From Bacillota bacterium (GTDB lineage Bacteria > Bacillota > Sulfobacillia > Sulfobacillales > Sulfobacillaceae): DNA of 64,000 nucleotides. The DNA is taken from NCBI GenBank assembly GCA_021821465.1, contig JAKACM010000012.1, positions 2,069-66,068 of the forward strand, read 5' to 3'. The translations under genes were made by a program, and so were the position numbers. A model generated the notes under the pieces. The model worked only from the letters and a program-made list of their open reading frames with translations, searched no databases and was not told the DNA's origin. Of this stretch, positions 52,646-63,564 are shown piece after piece. Each line of letters begins with the position of its first letter. Position 1 is the stretch's first letter.

Positions 52646-53461
52646 GTGAACTCGTTAACATATGCCTTAATTCGCATGGGATGGCGTTCTTTTCGGGGAA
52701 CAGTCGCAACTTGCGTATTGGGGCTGGCTGGATATCTTGGACTCCTTATGTGGATCTACCCGACCATAGCTCACACGCCGGGACTTGCCGTCGTAATCCG
52801 AGCCTTACCCAAAAGCCTCGTCTCTGCCACTGGACTGGAGGCAGGTTTAGGAAATCCTGGGGCGTATTTGGCCAGTGAGTTTTTTGGGACCCTGTATTTA
52901 TGGCTTTTAATGATTCTGACAGTAATGGGGGTGATAAGGCTGGTAGCCCAAGGGCCGGCACGTGGAACAGCAGGATTTTGGCTTGCTGGTCCTATCTCAC
53001 GGACGACGTGGGTTCTCACGCAAGGGGTCGTATTTTGGCTAGGGCTCTTCACTGTTTGCGGATTGGTCACTATAGCAAATATATTGGCCGTAGACGTGTG
53101 GGATCCTCACCAGAAGATGGCCTTGGGGAGGATTTTGACGTTGAATGGCATGGCGTTTGTGATATTTGCCGTGCTGTCCGGTGTTATTGCTATCATTGCC
53201 AGTGCGATGAAAGATGACCGTCGAGCGACGGTGGTGGGCAGTTTTGTCGTGCTCGTGTTTTATATTTTGTCGGCCGTGAGCTCTCTGAGTCCCCGATTGA
53301 CGTGGGCCGGTCATCTGTCCTTGTTGTATTGGGATCGTCCGGCAGCTATTGTTGCGGGAAGGCAAACCTTCGGATGGTCTCAATTGATCCTGTTAATGAT
53401 TGCCGGTGGCCTTTGGGTACTTGCTGCTGGGATTTTCCGGAGAAGAGATCTGTTCTTATAG
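52646..53461 (+). CDS. ABC-2 transporter permease
   Basis: 6 TMs, PISRT, C-terminal FRRRDL. Confidence 0.85.
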   Translation: MNSLTYALIRMGWRSFRGTVATCVLGLAGYLGLLMWIYPTIAHTPGLAVVIRALPKSLVSATGLEAGLGNPGAYLASEFFGTLYLWLLMILTVMGVIRLVAQGPARGTAGFWLAGPISRTTWVLTQGVVFWLGLFTVCGLVTIANILAVDVWDPHQKMALGRILTLNGMAFVIFAVLSGVIAIIASAMKDDRRATVVGSFVVLVFYILSAVSSLSPRLTWAGHLSLLYWDRPAAIVAGRQTFGWSQLILLMIAGGLWVLAAGIFRRRDLFL

Positions 53462-53791
53462 GCGATTCGTTGGATCAAATGATGTCCTGGTATATTCAAA
53501 ATGGCACGATCTTGCTTGTGGGCATCGCAATTCCTTCGAGAGCCTCTTTGGCTTTCAGCGGTGCGTGTGCGGTCAGCCGGCTCACAGTTGGTTAAAGAGA
53601 TCGGCCAAGGGCAGTCATCCTGCCGACGAAATCCCTGAGGGAGTACTCACCCAGTTTCTTGCGTATCCGAAATAAGTGTACATTGCACGGATCGGAATAT
53701 CGTTTAGAAAGTTTTAGTGAACACGGAGCGTCTAGATTTCCAATCTCGACCGGGGGTTTATGATGCATTTGATAAGCGAGGTCTCATTACG

Positions 53792-54340
53792 ATGTCGAAA
53801 ATAAACCCCAATTTTCCTTCGGTTATCCCTTCGGTCTGGACTCCGGGCCAAAGGGACATGGCTGTCCTTTCGCCGTGGCCTATTGTGCATGTGGCTGGCG
53901 GACGGCTCCGAATGATCGAAGAATTTGCCAAACCGTTGATAGCTGCGCAGAAAACTTTATGGGTTCATCCTGATATGATTGCCGGTTTGGCTAAAGACCC
54001 CGAAGGATTGGATGTGATAAATGAACTACTGATGCCCGACGCTATTGTGACCAGCAACTTGGCGTTGGTCCACATGGTTAAGAAATTACAGAAAAAATTG
54101 GTGTTCCGTGTGTTTGTTCATGATACCCAAAGTTTGGAATCCAGCCTGACAGTGATTGATCGATTGAAACCGAACATTGTCTGTTGTCTTCCGGCCATTG
54201 TGTTTCCTTTTATAAGATCAGAACTGGTCGCCCGGAATATTCAGATCGTTGCAGCGGGATTAGTTCGCACTGCGGACACGCGCGATCGCCTCATTGAATT
54301 AGGAGCCAGCGTAGAACTCGGCAACGTCCATTTGTGGTAA
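53792..54340 (+). CDS. Divergent GlpP-family protein
   Basis: VHPDMIAGLAKD, RVFVHDTQS, AAGLV. Confidence 0.75.
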   Translation: MSKINPNFPSVIPSVWTPGQRDMAVLSPWPIVHVAGGRLRMIEEFAKPLIAAQKTLWVHPDMIAGLAKDPEGLDVINELLMPDAIVTSNLALVHMVKKLQKKLVFRVFVHDTQSLESSLTVIDRLKPNIVCCLPAIVFPFIRSELVARNIQIVAAGLVRTADTRDRLIELGASVELGNVHLW

Positions 54341-54782
54341 CTGACAGATCTTAGGTGCCGGTCTCTTATGGACGGGATTGTTCCTTAACGGAGTACTCAA
54401 TGTCATGGGAGCATTCAATGCTGTGATTTTGACATGGTTGGCGACACGGTGGGGCTTTCCGGCAACATTTGGGCGCAATCTTTTTTATGATTTTGTTCCT
54501 GATTGGGCTCTTTTTCATCATTGACCGAGCTTCGTATACTCGGTTGATAACCCACTCAAATGCCCAGTCTGAGGTGGTTTCCGCATCTGATTGAGAATAC
54601 GGCGTGTGCCAAAGCTATGCCATCCCTCCGGCATGCATAAGCACACGCGGTAACAAAAGACCCGGGATTATACGGCTGAAACTTACTATAGTCTGTGGGG
54701 AGGAGCAACTATTTCCGCTAAGTGGAGAGCGTGATCTATACTGTCGCGACCGGAGTTATTTTGAACCTTCAATACTTTCTGG

Positions 54783-55247
54783 TCATCGGTTCGGGGCTGG
54801 CGTTGACGTTTTTTTCGTTGTTTTTGCATTGCACGTCTGCCTTTCTGGTCTTGTTTGTTCTCGGATGTATCGTTGTACCGTTTCTGCGCTGACGGTCCCC
54901 ACCGTCCTGACGAAGTACCCTTGGCTCCACAATGATCCGCTACGGCTATAGCACTTCTTTAATGCCGGGAACACTTTAAAGAGCTCAATGGCAGAAATAC
55001 TCTTGAGCGTTCGGACCATATCTGTTGGTGCCACAGTAGGCTCGGCTGATATAAACACGTGAATGTGATCCGGCATGACTTCTTGCTCAATCAGCTCGTA
55101 TTGGTACCGATCACTGATCGTTTGTAGGATGTCCTGGAGTTTTGTTTGCACGTCACCGTGCAAAACGTTAAACCTGAATTTTGGGCACCAGATGATATGA
55201 TACTGTGCTAAATAGCGGCCATGATTCCCTGTTTTGTATTCATTCAT
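54783..55247 (-). mobile_element. tnpA: IS200/IS605-family TnpA (Y1 HUH transposase)
   Basis: YHIIWCPKFR, MPDHIH, LWSQGYF..TVG, RYIREQ. Confidence 0.93.
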
Positions 55248-55614
55248 CGGTACTCCTCAACTCATACTTTTCTTGAACAGCCCGGCGGATTTAATCGAAA
55301 GAGGTAAGGGTCATGTCTTCTTCAATCGAATAGACACGGGCTAAATTCTCTCGTGCGACTTTCCATTGTGATGGGATCGCGATGTTGATTTGAACCGTTT
55401 GCATTGCAATCACTCCTTATGTATTTATTATACGTTGCTATTCGGAATACGCCAGGACGCAAAAACCACGCTGATTCATCCTGACGGCAAGCCGACAGGT
55501 TTTCTCGGCGCTTTTCTATAACCGGCTGACAGAATGACCACATCGAGCGATCCGCCGGTGGAGCGAAAGCGTTGAACACCCGCCATCAAATCAGGCTTCC
55601 TCACCGGCAGGGTT

Positions 55615-56391
55615 TTATCCCTCGAAGAAATCGTTTAGGTACAAGGACCAGGTTGAGGTGCCGCGAACTAGCGCAATATCGGTTTCCTGGCCAAAGGTTC
55701 TCCCGCTGGTGCTGCTCGCTGAAATGGAGTACCAGGAGCTTGGCGCATAATACATGTATTGAAACGGATATTCGGCCAAAGATGGGTAGAATACCATATT
55801 TTGATTCGTGACATAACCACCATTCCGAGACCACCCGTCCGCCGACATTGTCACTTTTGGGTTTTGTAGGGTGATCAAATTGTCATTGTTGTTCCATCCG
55901 CCCGTGATTTTCGTGAGTTGCATCTCCGAATCCCCGTGAACGGTGACGTTGTTCCAATAGCTTGTGCCCCACGCCTCAACCGCTCCAGTTGAATCCCAAT
56001 TCGTGTTGTTGTACGACGGATCGGAGGCCGTATTGGCAACAGCAAATCCCGTCGTAACATAGTCTTTCTCGATTTTCCCATTCGAAAACTGGACTTTTTT
56101 TATAAATTGAGTGGTCGAGAACACTTTGACACCAAATGGCTTGGTCGCGATTTCTCCCTGTTGGTTAATCATCTCCGCGCGGAGATGAAAGGGACTATGG
56201 GCGATGGCTGAAATACCATGCTTGGCATCGTAAAACAGTGTGGCTGGATTGGTGATAGGGGCTTGCTGAAAGACCACTTTAGACGTGACTAGACTGGCGT
56301 GTGTTGAGGCGGCAAATGCCGACAGGTTTGGAACTAATGCGAGTCCGCACGCTCCCACGACAGCGGTAGACATCGCGACAATCCTTTGCAC
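55615..56391 (-). CDS. Secreted protein, tandem paralog A
   Basis: Signal peptide (AFA); shares long identical blocks with 56441-57214. Confidence 0.8.
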   Translation of the reverse strand: MQRIVAMSTAVVGACGLALVPNLSAFAASTHASLVTSKVVFQQAPITNPATLFYDAKHGISAIAHSPFHLRAEMINQQGEIATKPFGVKVFSTTQFIKKVQFSNGKIEKDYVTTGFAVANTASDPSYNNTNWDSTGAVEAWGTSYWNNVTVHGDSEMQLTKITGGWNNNDNLITLQNPKVTMSADGWSRNGGYVTNQNMVFYPSLAEYPFQYMYYAPSSWYSISASSTSGRTFGQETDIALVRGTSTWSLYLNDFFEG

Positions 56392-56440
56392 GATTATTCA
56401 CTCCTTTTTATATGCAGAAGTTGGCAATTGTGGCCAATCG

Positions 56441-57214
56441 TTAATTGTTGTACTCATCGGCTAACGTCAAGGACCACGACGAACTACCGCGAACTAACGT
56501 GACGCTGGTGTGTTGACCAAAGATGCGGAAGGAAGGGGGCGTTTCAATGGCGTGCCAAGAGGAAGGCGCATAATACGTGAAGGGCCAGGAAAAGGGATGC
56601 AACCCGTCAATGAATTGATTCGAGGTATTATAAGTGCCTCCCGATGACGTTAACGATACCCCCTCCTCTCCAAAATTCACTGTGGGATTTTGTAAGGTGA
56701 TCAAATTATCATTATTATTCCATCCTCCCGTGACTTTGGAGAGAAGTGTTTCGCTGTAGCCATCGGAAGTCACGTTGTCCCAATAGATTGTGCCGTAGGC
56801 TTCAACTGCACCGGTAGAGTCCCAGTTTGTGTTGTTGTACGATGGATCCGACCCTGTGTTGGCAACAGCAAACCCTGTGGTGACATACGCTTGCTTAATG
56901 CCATTCGACAACCATACCTTTTTTAAGATTTGTGTCGTCGAGAATGTCTGCACGCCAAATTGCCGGGACACATTTTGCCCTCGTTGATTAATCATCTCCG
57001 CGCTGAGATGAAAGGAACTATGGGCGACGGCCGAAATACCATGCTTGGCGTCGTAAAACAGTGTGGCCGGATTGGTGATAGGGGCTTGCTGAAAGACGAC
57101 TTTAGGAGCTGAGCTGGAATGCACGGCCGCTAAAGCTGGTAGGCTTGGCATTGATGCGAAGGTTAGTGATGCGATAGCGATAGCAATTTTAACAGTATGT
57201 TTCATGCTATACAC
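56441..57214 (-). CDS. Secreted protein, tandem paralog B
   Basis: Signal peptide (ALA); VVFQQAPITNPATLFYDAKHGISA...DPSYNNTNWDSTGAVEA shared with paralog A. Confidence 0.8.
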   Translation of the reverse strand: MYSMKHTVKIAIAIASLTFASMPSLPALAAVHSSSAPKVVFQQAPITNPATLFYDAKHGISAVAHSSFHLSAEMINQRGQNVSRQFGVQTFSTTQILKKVWLSNGIKQAYVTTGFAVANTGSDPSYNNTNWDSTGAVEAYGTIYWDNVTSDGYSETLLSKVTGGWNNNDNLITLQNPTVNFGEEGVSLTSSGGTYNTSNQFIDGLHPFSWPFTYYAPSSWHAIETPPSFRIFGQHTSVTLVRGSSSWSLTLADEYNN

Positions 57215-57809
57215 CTCTCTAGGTAGTTTTTCAGCCTTGATTGTCGCGTGTTGCTTCAGTGGCTTTTTGCTGCTTGTTGGCTAGTCCAGAGATTCCCGAG
57301 AACTCGGAGTCACAGAGCATCAGCAATGATTAATAATCCGCGCGGAATGGACTGATGGCCAATCCACGGTGAAATGCGAGGACTGCACGCTGAGGCGCTG
57401 TATGGCTCAATGCCACCACGCTACCATTAAGAACGATATGAATGGTTCCTTGTCAGTTACACGTAATGGACGTCTCATCCCTCGAATCCGCGAAAGTGGG
57501 CTGAAGGATGTTTTAGTAAAAATCAGAGACTCATGATTCACGGTGTGAAGATTCACCACAACGGTTAGGGCAGGTCACATGGCCGGAGAGTGGTTTCGCC
57601 GCACGTATTTATTGTGCATTCAAGGTGACCCGGAAACAACTGGCCACCGAGTCATGTGACAGATCCCACTATGGGCGTATTAGAGCATGAGGGCTCACGC
57701 CGTCCGCGACATGGCCAGTAAATGGACGCGCCCCACCATTGCCTGTTGTGCCCATGGGACTTTAGGGCACATAGCCCGGGTCGGAGTGCGATGGATGGTC
57801 CGACTCGTT

Positions 57810-58703
57810 TTAGTGAGTCGTATGAAGTGGAAGGGATATGCGATGCCCGTTCCAATTCAAAATTAAGTGCGGATTCTGGGGCATTCCGGTCCATGCGAGG
57901 TTTTGCTCGGCCCAGGCACTGGATTTAGTGTTTTGGGCAAAGTTTCCCATTTTGATGTTCTCAAGACCCGGTGCCAACACGAGTTCATATTGAAGACTTG
58001 GAGGCATCGTGCCGTTTTTTCGTGTGACCGTGAGTTCCCCGTACGGTTGATTGATGCCATGTCCAGTGAATGTTTCGCGTTGATACGACGCAGACCAGCC
58101 CTGTGTGGTGATGCTTGTCAAGCGTAGATGATGCGTCACCTGGAGTGCACGTGCTTGACCGAGCGAGACTGTAGCCATCTGTTGATGCCCTGGGGGGTGT
58201 TGAGTCCATTTCGCTCGCACAGGCACGGACGGTTGGGGAAGAGTATTGAGCGGCAGGCTAAAACTTGATTTATCGCCGTGGCTGAGCTGATTCAAACTCG
58301 CCGGGCCCGAAAAGAAGCCATATTGACCCCATGCTACAGACAGTTCCATGCCAGGTCCAGGGTTGCCGGGATACCACGCACGTAGGATTTCGTTCGGATG
58401 CGGTCCAGCCAAGGAACGAAATGCTATCACCCGAAAGGGGCCGACCTTGAAAATCAAGGGTGTGCCGTGACGCAGGGTTGTCGCCATCTTGAGATTCGCC
58501 CGCACGTTGGTGATAGACGGTCTGGATCCGCCGGGTAATCCTGCATTCTGATGGAGGTTACTTACACTCAGGATCGCAACGGCGGCCACTGCGACACCAA
58601 TAACCGACCACCACGCGGTCCGGCTCCATCGTTTGTGAGAGCGTGCAGATTGTATCCCAGGGTGACCGTCAAGGCGGTCGCGCATCTCATCCTTGGTTGA
58701 CAT
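57810..58703 (-). CDS. Single-TM protein with extracellular domain (anti-sigma-like position)
   Basis: AGGAGG RBS before ATG 58703; TM WWSVIGVAVAAVAILSV. Confidence 0.65.
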   Translation of the reverse strand: MSTKDEMRDRLDGHPGIQSARSHKRWSRTAWWSVIGVAVAAVAILSVSNLHQNAGLPGGSRPSITNVRANLKMATTLRHGTPLIFKVGPFRVIAFRSLAGPHPNEILRAWYPGNPGPGMELSVAWGQYGFFSGPASLNQLSHGDKSSFSLPLNTLPQPSVPVRAKWTQHPPGHQQMATVSLGQARALQVTHHLRLTSITTQGWSASYQRETFTGHGINQPYGELTVTRKNGTMPPSLQYELVLAPGLENIKMGNFAQNTKSSAWAEQNLAWTGMPQNPHLILNWNGHRISLPLHTTH

Positions 58704-58719
58704 GGTGATCCTCCTCCCT

Positions 58720-58830
58720 ATCATAAAGAATCGCTGTCGAGCCTGGTACAATCGAGTCCAGACCCTTTTCTTGGAAACGTGCAACACTTTGGCGATCTCT
58801 ATGGTTAACAACTCGGCACGATAAAAGAAA
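58720..58830 (-). pseudogene. ECF sigma factor region-4 remnant
   Basis: FFYRAELLTIEIAKVLHVSKKRVWTRLYQARQR; in-frame stop just upstream, no region 2 found. Confidence 0.6.
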
Positions 58831-59117
58831 TGTCACTTCTCCATGGATTCTTTTAACTGCGGAGAATTGACTGAGTATATGAGTTACAATGAGTTTTCAT
58901 TGTAACTATATCCCCCCTTCAGGTTGATTTGTGAGAAATAGTTCATTGGTTATTATCCTTCCTGTAGCCTGATACGCGCAAGAAGAGACGAGCCATTTTT
59001 ACAGATTTGTCGCTGACATGATTCGACATAAGTTTGGAGAGACGCGGCTCATTTTATGATCCAATATCTGTCATGGCATTATATGAGAGTCAATTGAGCG
59101 CAGAAACGTAATAATCG

Positions 59118-59549
59118 TCAATCTGCATTGGTCACGTGCAACCAAGCCAAGAGAACCGTGAAAAGCACCACTCCGCCGAACGTCGCGGCGGCATTCGCGG
59201 TGGCTAAGGGCGAAGCTGTGGTGGCCAGCACAACTCCATGCCGGACAAAGGCCAGCCAAATGAGCGCGAGGACGGGTTTAAGTGGCAAGTGGTGGGTGTG
59301 AATGGCCAGGGTCATAATGTGAAGGAGTTCCGCCAGCATGAGCAGCAGCATGAGAGGATCGAGCGCGGTGAGGAGCGTAGCATAGGAGACCGAATGTCCC
59401 AGCAAGCGGATTAACAGCCAGACAATGTGCGCGGCCACGCCCAAAATACCGAGAAGACCCAATCCATAGAGTGCATCGGTGCTCCAGTGGAGCATATGGA
59501 GGATCCAAGGTTGCGCGGGGGAGGCCGAAGCCCACGAGTCGTGTGCCAA
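59118..59549 (-). CDS. PsiE-family membrane protein
   Basis: LLLMLAELLH...HLPLKPVL....AFVRH pattern; GGAGG RBS with TTG start. Confidence 0.7.
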   Translation of the reverse strand: MAHDSWASASPAQPWILHMLHWSTDALYGLGLLGILGVAAHIVWLLIRLLGHSVSYATLLTALDPLMLLLMLAELLHIMTLAIHTHHLPLKPVLALIWLAFVRHGVVLATTASPLATANAAATFGGVVLFTVLLAWLHVTNAD

Positions 59550-59663
59550 AGGAATAACCTCCTGTATGAGAATAGGCGGAACAGGGCAAAAAGGCGGACA
59601 ATTCACCAAGCCCGGCGAGAAGCCGGGCCATTACAATAACAGGACGCCAAAATCTGAATGGAC

Positions 59664-60062
59664 TCAGGAAGGCGGATCACCGCGTAACTGCAACCGGGCA
59701 TTCGGGCCCGGGAGTTCACATTCATCCACAGAATCGGCAGCACGCTGAGCAGCATGACCTTGCCGGCCATCATGCAGCACCGTAATGTCCCAAAGCCATC
59801 CGGATTCCGGCCGGCTGACGGATGTGCGGAGATCTATTTCACCTATTCGAATGGCTACCAATCGCTCCGGACTCACCGGGACCAGAAACCACCGATCCCG
59901 ATCCGCCAATTCTTGCACCCAATGGGCAACATAGCGATGCCCTGCGGCGTCATGGCACGACAGAAGGTGCGGCCCGTCAAAGTCCAACAGGGTTTCCGTG
60001 ACGGTCATGTTGCCCAAAGCAGTCTCAAACCGCATTCCAGCGAGCTGGTGTGTCAAACCCAT
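59664..60062 (-). CDS. Hypothetical protein (DUF6575-like)
   Basis: GGAGGTG RBS; FDGPHLLSC...YVAHW...WFLVPVSPERL...GEIDLR...PE. Confidence 0.6.
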   Translation of the reverse strand: MGLTHQLAGMRFETALGNMTVTETLLDFDGPHLLSCHDAAGHRYVAHWVQELADRDRWFLVPVSPERLVAIRIGEIDLRTSVSRPESGWLWDITVLHDGRQGHAAQRAADSVDECELPGPNARLQLRGDPPS

Positions 60063-60421
60063 CACCTCCACAACAAGAACATCAGCGTTCCCAGGGTCAG
60101 AAAAAGTCATGCCCGACCAGGAGCCGGGCATGATGATCGGCGGTAAGATCAAGACTGCGAGCAAGAGGCCAATCGTCCGGGGACAACGAGATCACTAAAG
60201 TGTTGGATCATCTCAATCGTTCAATGTGACAAGGCGCTTAACACTGCTTATGTCGGGTACGAATATGTTCATACACAGTGTTCATTAGCGTCCTGACGGG
60301 GAGAGAAGCTATTATCTAACTAAAGTGCACATGGATATTGGGTTTTTAGGTCTAGTCTTGGGCTCTATTAAGAGAGAGGATGCGGCCAGGTCTTAACGTT
60401 AAAATTTAGGGTAATTAACAC

Positions 60422-62087
60422 CTTGAGTTTCGCACCCCGGCACCACAGGGTTTTTTCGCCAGCAATGATGCCGCCAACGCTTGCTAGCTCTCGGGTTACG
60501 GGCTCTTTCCACTGGGGCGGTTTAAGCGGTTTTATCGAGGGTTCGTAATTGATAACCCAAGAATGACTCCGCAAACAGGGTTTTCAGGGCAGCATATTCA
60601 GGCGACCGTTTGAATTGCGAGAGGTCGACTGCGCCCGACTCGGCGATGGCATGGACGACCGCGTCCAAGAGCTCTTCGAACAGGGCCCACAACCGTTCGG
60701 CGAGATTTTTTTCGACCAGTTCGGCCGCCATGCCCTCAAATAACGCCCCCAAGGGGGCGTACGCATGAACCCGTCGGAAGTACGCGAGAAAGATGTAGAG
60801 GATACAGCAGGTCGTGACGTGGGCAATTTGGGCATCGAAATCACGAGATTGGCAGGGGCCTAAGCGGAGCTGTTGCGTCATTTCTTTGAAAAACACCGCA
60901 ATGGTCCAGCGCGTGGCGTAAATCTCCATCATGGCGACAAAAGACAACGCGGTATCCGTGGACAGCAATACACGCCACTGTTTTTGAAACGGGAAGCGGC
61001 ATACAGATAATTTGACATCCCCGATCTCGTCGTCGTGCACCGGCACCTCATAATAACGCGTGTTAAGTTTGCGGCAACGCTTGGCGTGGCCGGATTCTTT
61101 CAGGGTCGCGAGCAGAGCCTGGGCGTTCACCTGGTTCCCTTGGTATCGGTACTGTCGTTGGTCTTTGCGCACCCCACATATCACGTGGAGGGCTCTAAAG
61201 CCCCTTTTTGATCGGCCGAATCGCCTGGATGAACCCCTGGCTGCCGAACCCACTATCGGCCAGCACATAGTGGGCCTGAAACCCGTGCTTGACGGCTCGC
61301 TTGACCCGGGCAATCGCTGGGGTAATTTTGTCTTCGGCGCATTCCTGGCGCCGGATGGCCCCGGGGGAACCGGGCTGGCAGGTTTTTCGATATGGCTCCC
61401 GACGCTTGCGGCCCCGCAAGCGTTGTTCGGCGTGAATACTGAAATCCAGGGGAATAAAGGTCGTGCCGTCAAAGAAGCCCCACACGAGATGTTTAAACCC
61501 CCACAGCGTCTTCCCGATCATAGGGTCGAACACATACGAGACGTTTTCGCGGTGCCGCCCGACCCGGCGGTCGGCGGTGTCGTCAAGGATAAAGGCCGAA
61601 TTCGCCGCCACGATCTGGTTCGGATTGACGATCTTCTGGAATCGCGACGCGATTCCATACAAAACCGCACGCCACGGAGCCCACTCGTTGTTTTTCAGGC
61701 GATACAGGGCGTCCTTTTTCATGGTCGTGATCGCGTGAAACTCGCTGCGAAAGAAACTATTGACGCTGCTGACCATCATCAGGGGAAACATGATGAGGAG
61801 CGCCAGAATTTCGGTGACCGCGTAGCCCTCCGGCTTCTCAAACCGCGTGTGCCGGACGATGGAATGGAGCTTGAAGGTCTGCATGACATCGAATATAATC
61901 GAGTCGATCGACTACGGGTGTTTATCGAACACCTTGTTGATTTCTGCCGGGGTCTCCCGCATGATAACCCTCCATTTTTGGTGAATTTGGCTAGCACCTA
62001 ATGATACCAAAAACTCCAGTGTTCATGCGGGTTTCGGCGTTTTTTCAGGGGAATAATTCGTTGAGAATTCTGGGTGCGAAACTCAAG
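60422..62087 (-). mobile_element. IS4/IS701-like DDE insertion sequence with inactivated transposase
   Basis: Perfect 16-bp TIRs CTTGAGTTTCGCACCC; 6-bp TSD TAACAC (60416-60421, 62088-62093); transposase (ILDDT, LADSGF, YATRWTIAVFFKE) split by an in-frame stop and a frameshift. Confidence 0.92.
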
Positions 62088-62789
62088 TAACACCAAATTC
62101 GTCCGGCGACATTGTGATCGGTTGGTTTATTGGTATATAGTGCCCTCCGTGTTCATTCATCTAAATATCACTAAGACAATTCGGCCCGTAAAATGATGAA
62201 TGTCCCTATACCACTTCCCAAGGCTGGCAACATGCAACATGTAAACCGAATTCATGAACTACCGCGTTACAAATTTTAGCCTATTGGCTGTTTTAGCCCG
62301 ACATACTGTTTTACGCCAGCAAATCTGTGCTAATCTCCTCGAATTGAGCCGGACGCAATTTGCTCTTTGGCGTTTTAACCATGAAATTGGCCTTTGCTGG
62401 GATTGTGCGTGTACGTGCCCACGGCAACATTATGTGCAAAAGCATACTGAATTAGTTCCAGCCAATTAACCATTAGGAGTCGCTTTGAATGGCTATAACA
62501 GGTCGCTTTAGCCAGAAGCTCTATGTGGATCAACTCCCTCAATAAATACGGGTATGCAGATTTTGTGACAGATTTCGAATGGTCCAAGTATGGTGTTCGC
62601 TCAGCGAAATTCTGTTGAAATGATGGCTTGATAGATGTTATGTCCAGGAATCGCTCTGTGTTGATCATTCCACAAACGGGAGATAGACATTCTTCAACGT
62701 ATCGCGGCCCTTCTGTACCCTGGGTTCCCCGTTTGGTGCGGATGTAACTTGTCCTTCTTCTTTGACGTTATATAAGCATTACCAACATT

Positions 62790-62880
62790 TCATAGGGCAC
62801 ACCCGTGCGGAAGCCGGGGTCGCAAAGTCATAGGGTCTTCCATCCTACCGCCCTAGGATCAGACAGCCTGACTGCTCCCT
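62790..62880 (+). ncRNA. c-di-GMP-I (GEMM-I) riboswitch
   Basis: AGGGCACA-CCCGTGC-GGAA-GCCGGG-GTCGCAAAGTCATAGGGTCT...AGACAGCCTGACTGC; canonical G20. Confidence 0.85.
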
Positions 62881-62950
62881 CAGAAAACGCATTGCACTGT
62901 GAGCGCCGGATCATAGAATCTCGGAGTGCCCTTCCGAAGGAGATGGGACG

Positions 62951-63304
62951 ATGATCCGCGGCCTGCAATTACATCAGCGTATTATCATTGATCCGGAACA
63001 GCAAGGCGTATGGCGGATGCACGATTTTCTCCCGTTGTCCGCGCGGACCTATCGGATTTTGGCCTGCTTTTTGCACCATCCGCATCACATTCTTTCCGAC
63101 TCTCTCCTCTTGCATGTAGGGTGGCCTAATGATATTCGGACCACTGCCGACCTCTTTCCCCAGATTCATCGCATCCGTCAAACTATTGAGCCGGATCCTC
63201 GTCACCCGCAACTCCTCGTGACGCGGCGGGAGGTGGGATACCTCTTACAGGTGACCCCAGTGGTAGTGGAATTCGATCCCATTTCCCCCACTCGTTTTTC
63301 GTGA
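62951..63304 (+). CDS. Stand-alone OmpR/PhoB-type winged-helix DNA-binding protein (no receiver domain)
   Basis: LPLSARTYRIL..F..HP..ILS...LL...W...QIHRIRQTIEPDPRHPQLLVTRREVGY; AAGGAG RBS. Confidence 0.88.
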   Translation: MIRGLQLHQRIIIDPEQQGVWRMHDFLPLSARTYRILACFLHHPHHILSDSLLLHVGWPNDIRTTADLFPQIHRIRQTIEPDPRHPQLLVTRREVGYLLQVTPVVVEFDPISPTRFS

Positions 63305-63306
63305 AG

Positions 63307-63394
63307 GTTGATATCAGGTTCGCATCAGGTTGATATCAGGTAAGTATCAGGTTAATTTCGGATACGTTTCAGGTGATTATCGGCCAAGAATCAG
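63307..63394 (+). repeat. Eight tandem imperfect 11-bp repeats (consensus GTnnnTATCAG)
   Basis: gttgatatcag gttcgcatcag gttgatatcag gtaagtatcag gttaatttcgg atacgtttcag gtgattatcgg ccaagaatcag. Confidence 0.88.
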
Positions 63395-63564
63395 ATTCGG
63401 CGCGTATGCTCAAAGTGTCCTCTCAGACAGGGGATGATCTCCATCATTGCATACGTTCAATTGAAAAGGCCCATCAGGTTAACGTGGTAGCACCGAGGTG
63501 GTCATTAAGCGGTGGCCAATCGTGGGATATCTACTACCATATCTACTACGAGGAGGTTACAAAT

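Noticed and set aside
61060-62001. 313-aa plus-strand ORF
   Set aside because: Antisense shadow of the transposase; no motifs
62254-62668. Short ORFs on both strands
   Set aside because: No clear RBS or recognisable motifs; probably decayed sequence
63307-63394. Possible CRISPR array
   Set aside because: Units are 11 bp, contiguous and have no spacers; no convincing cas genes
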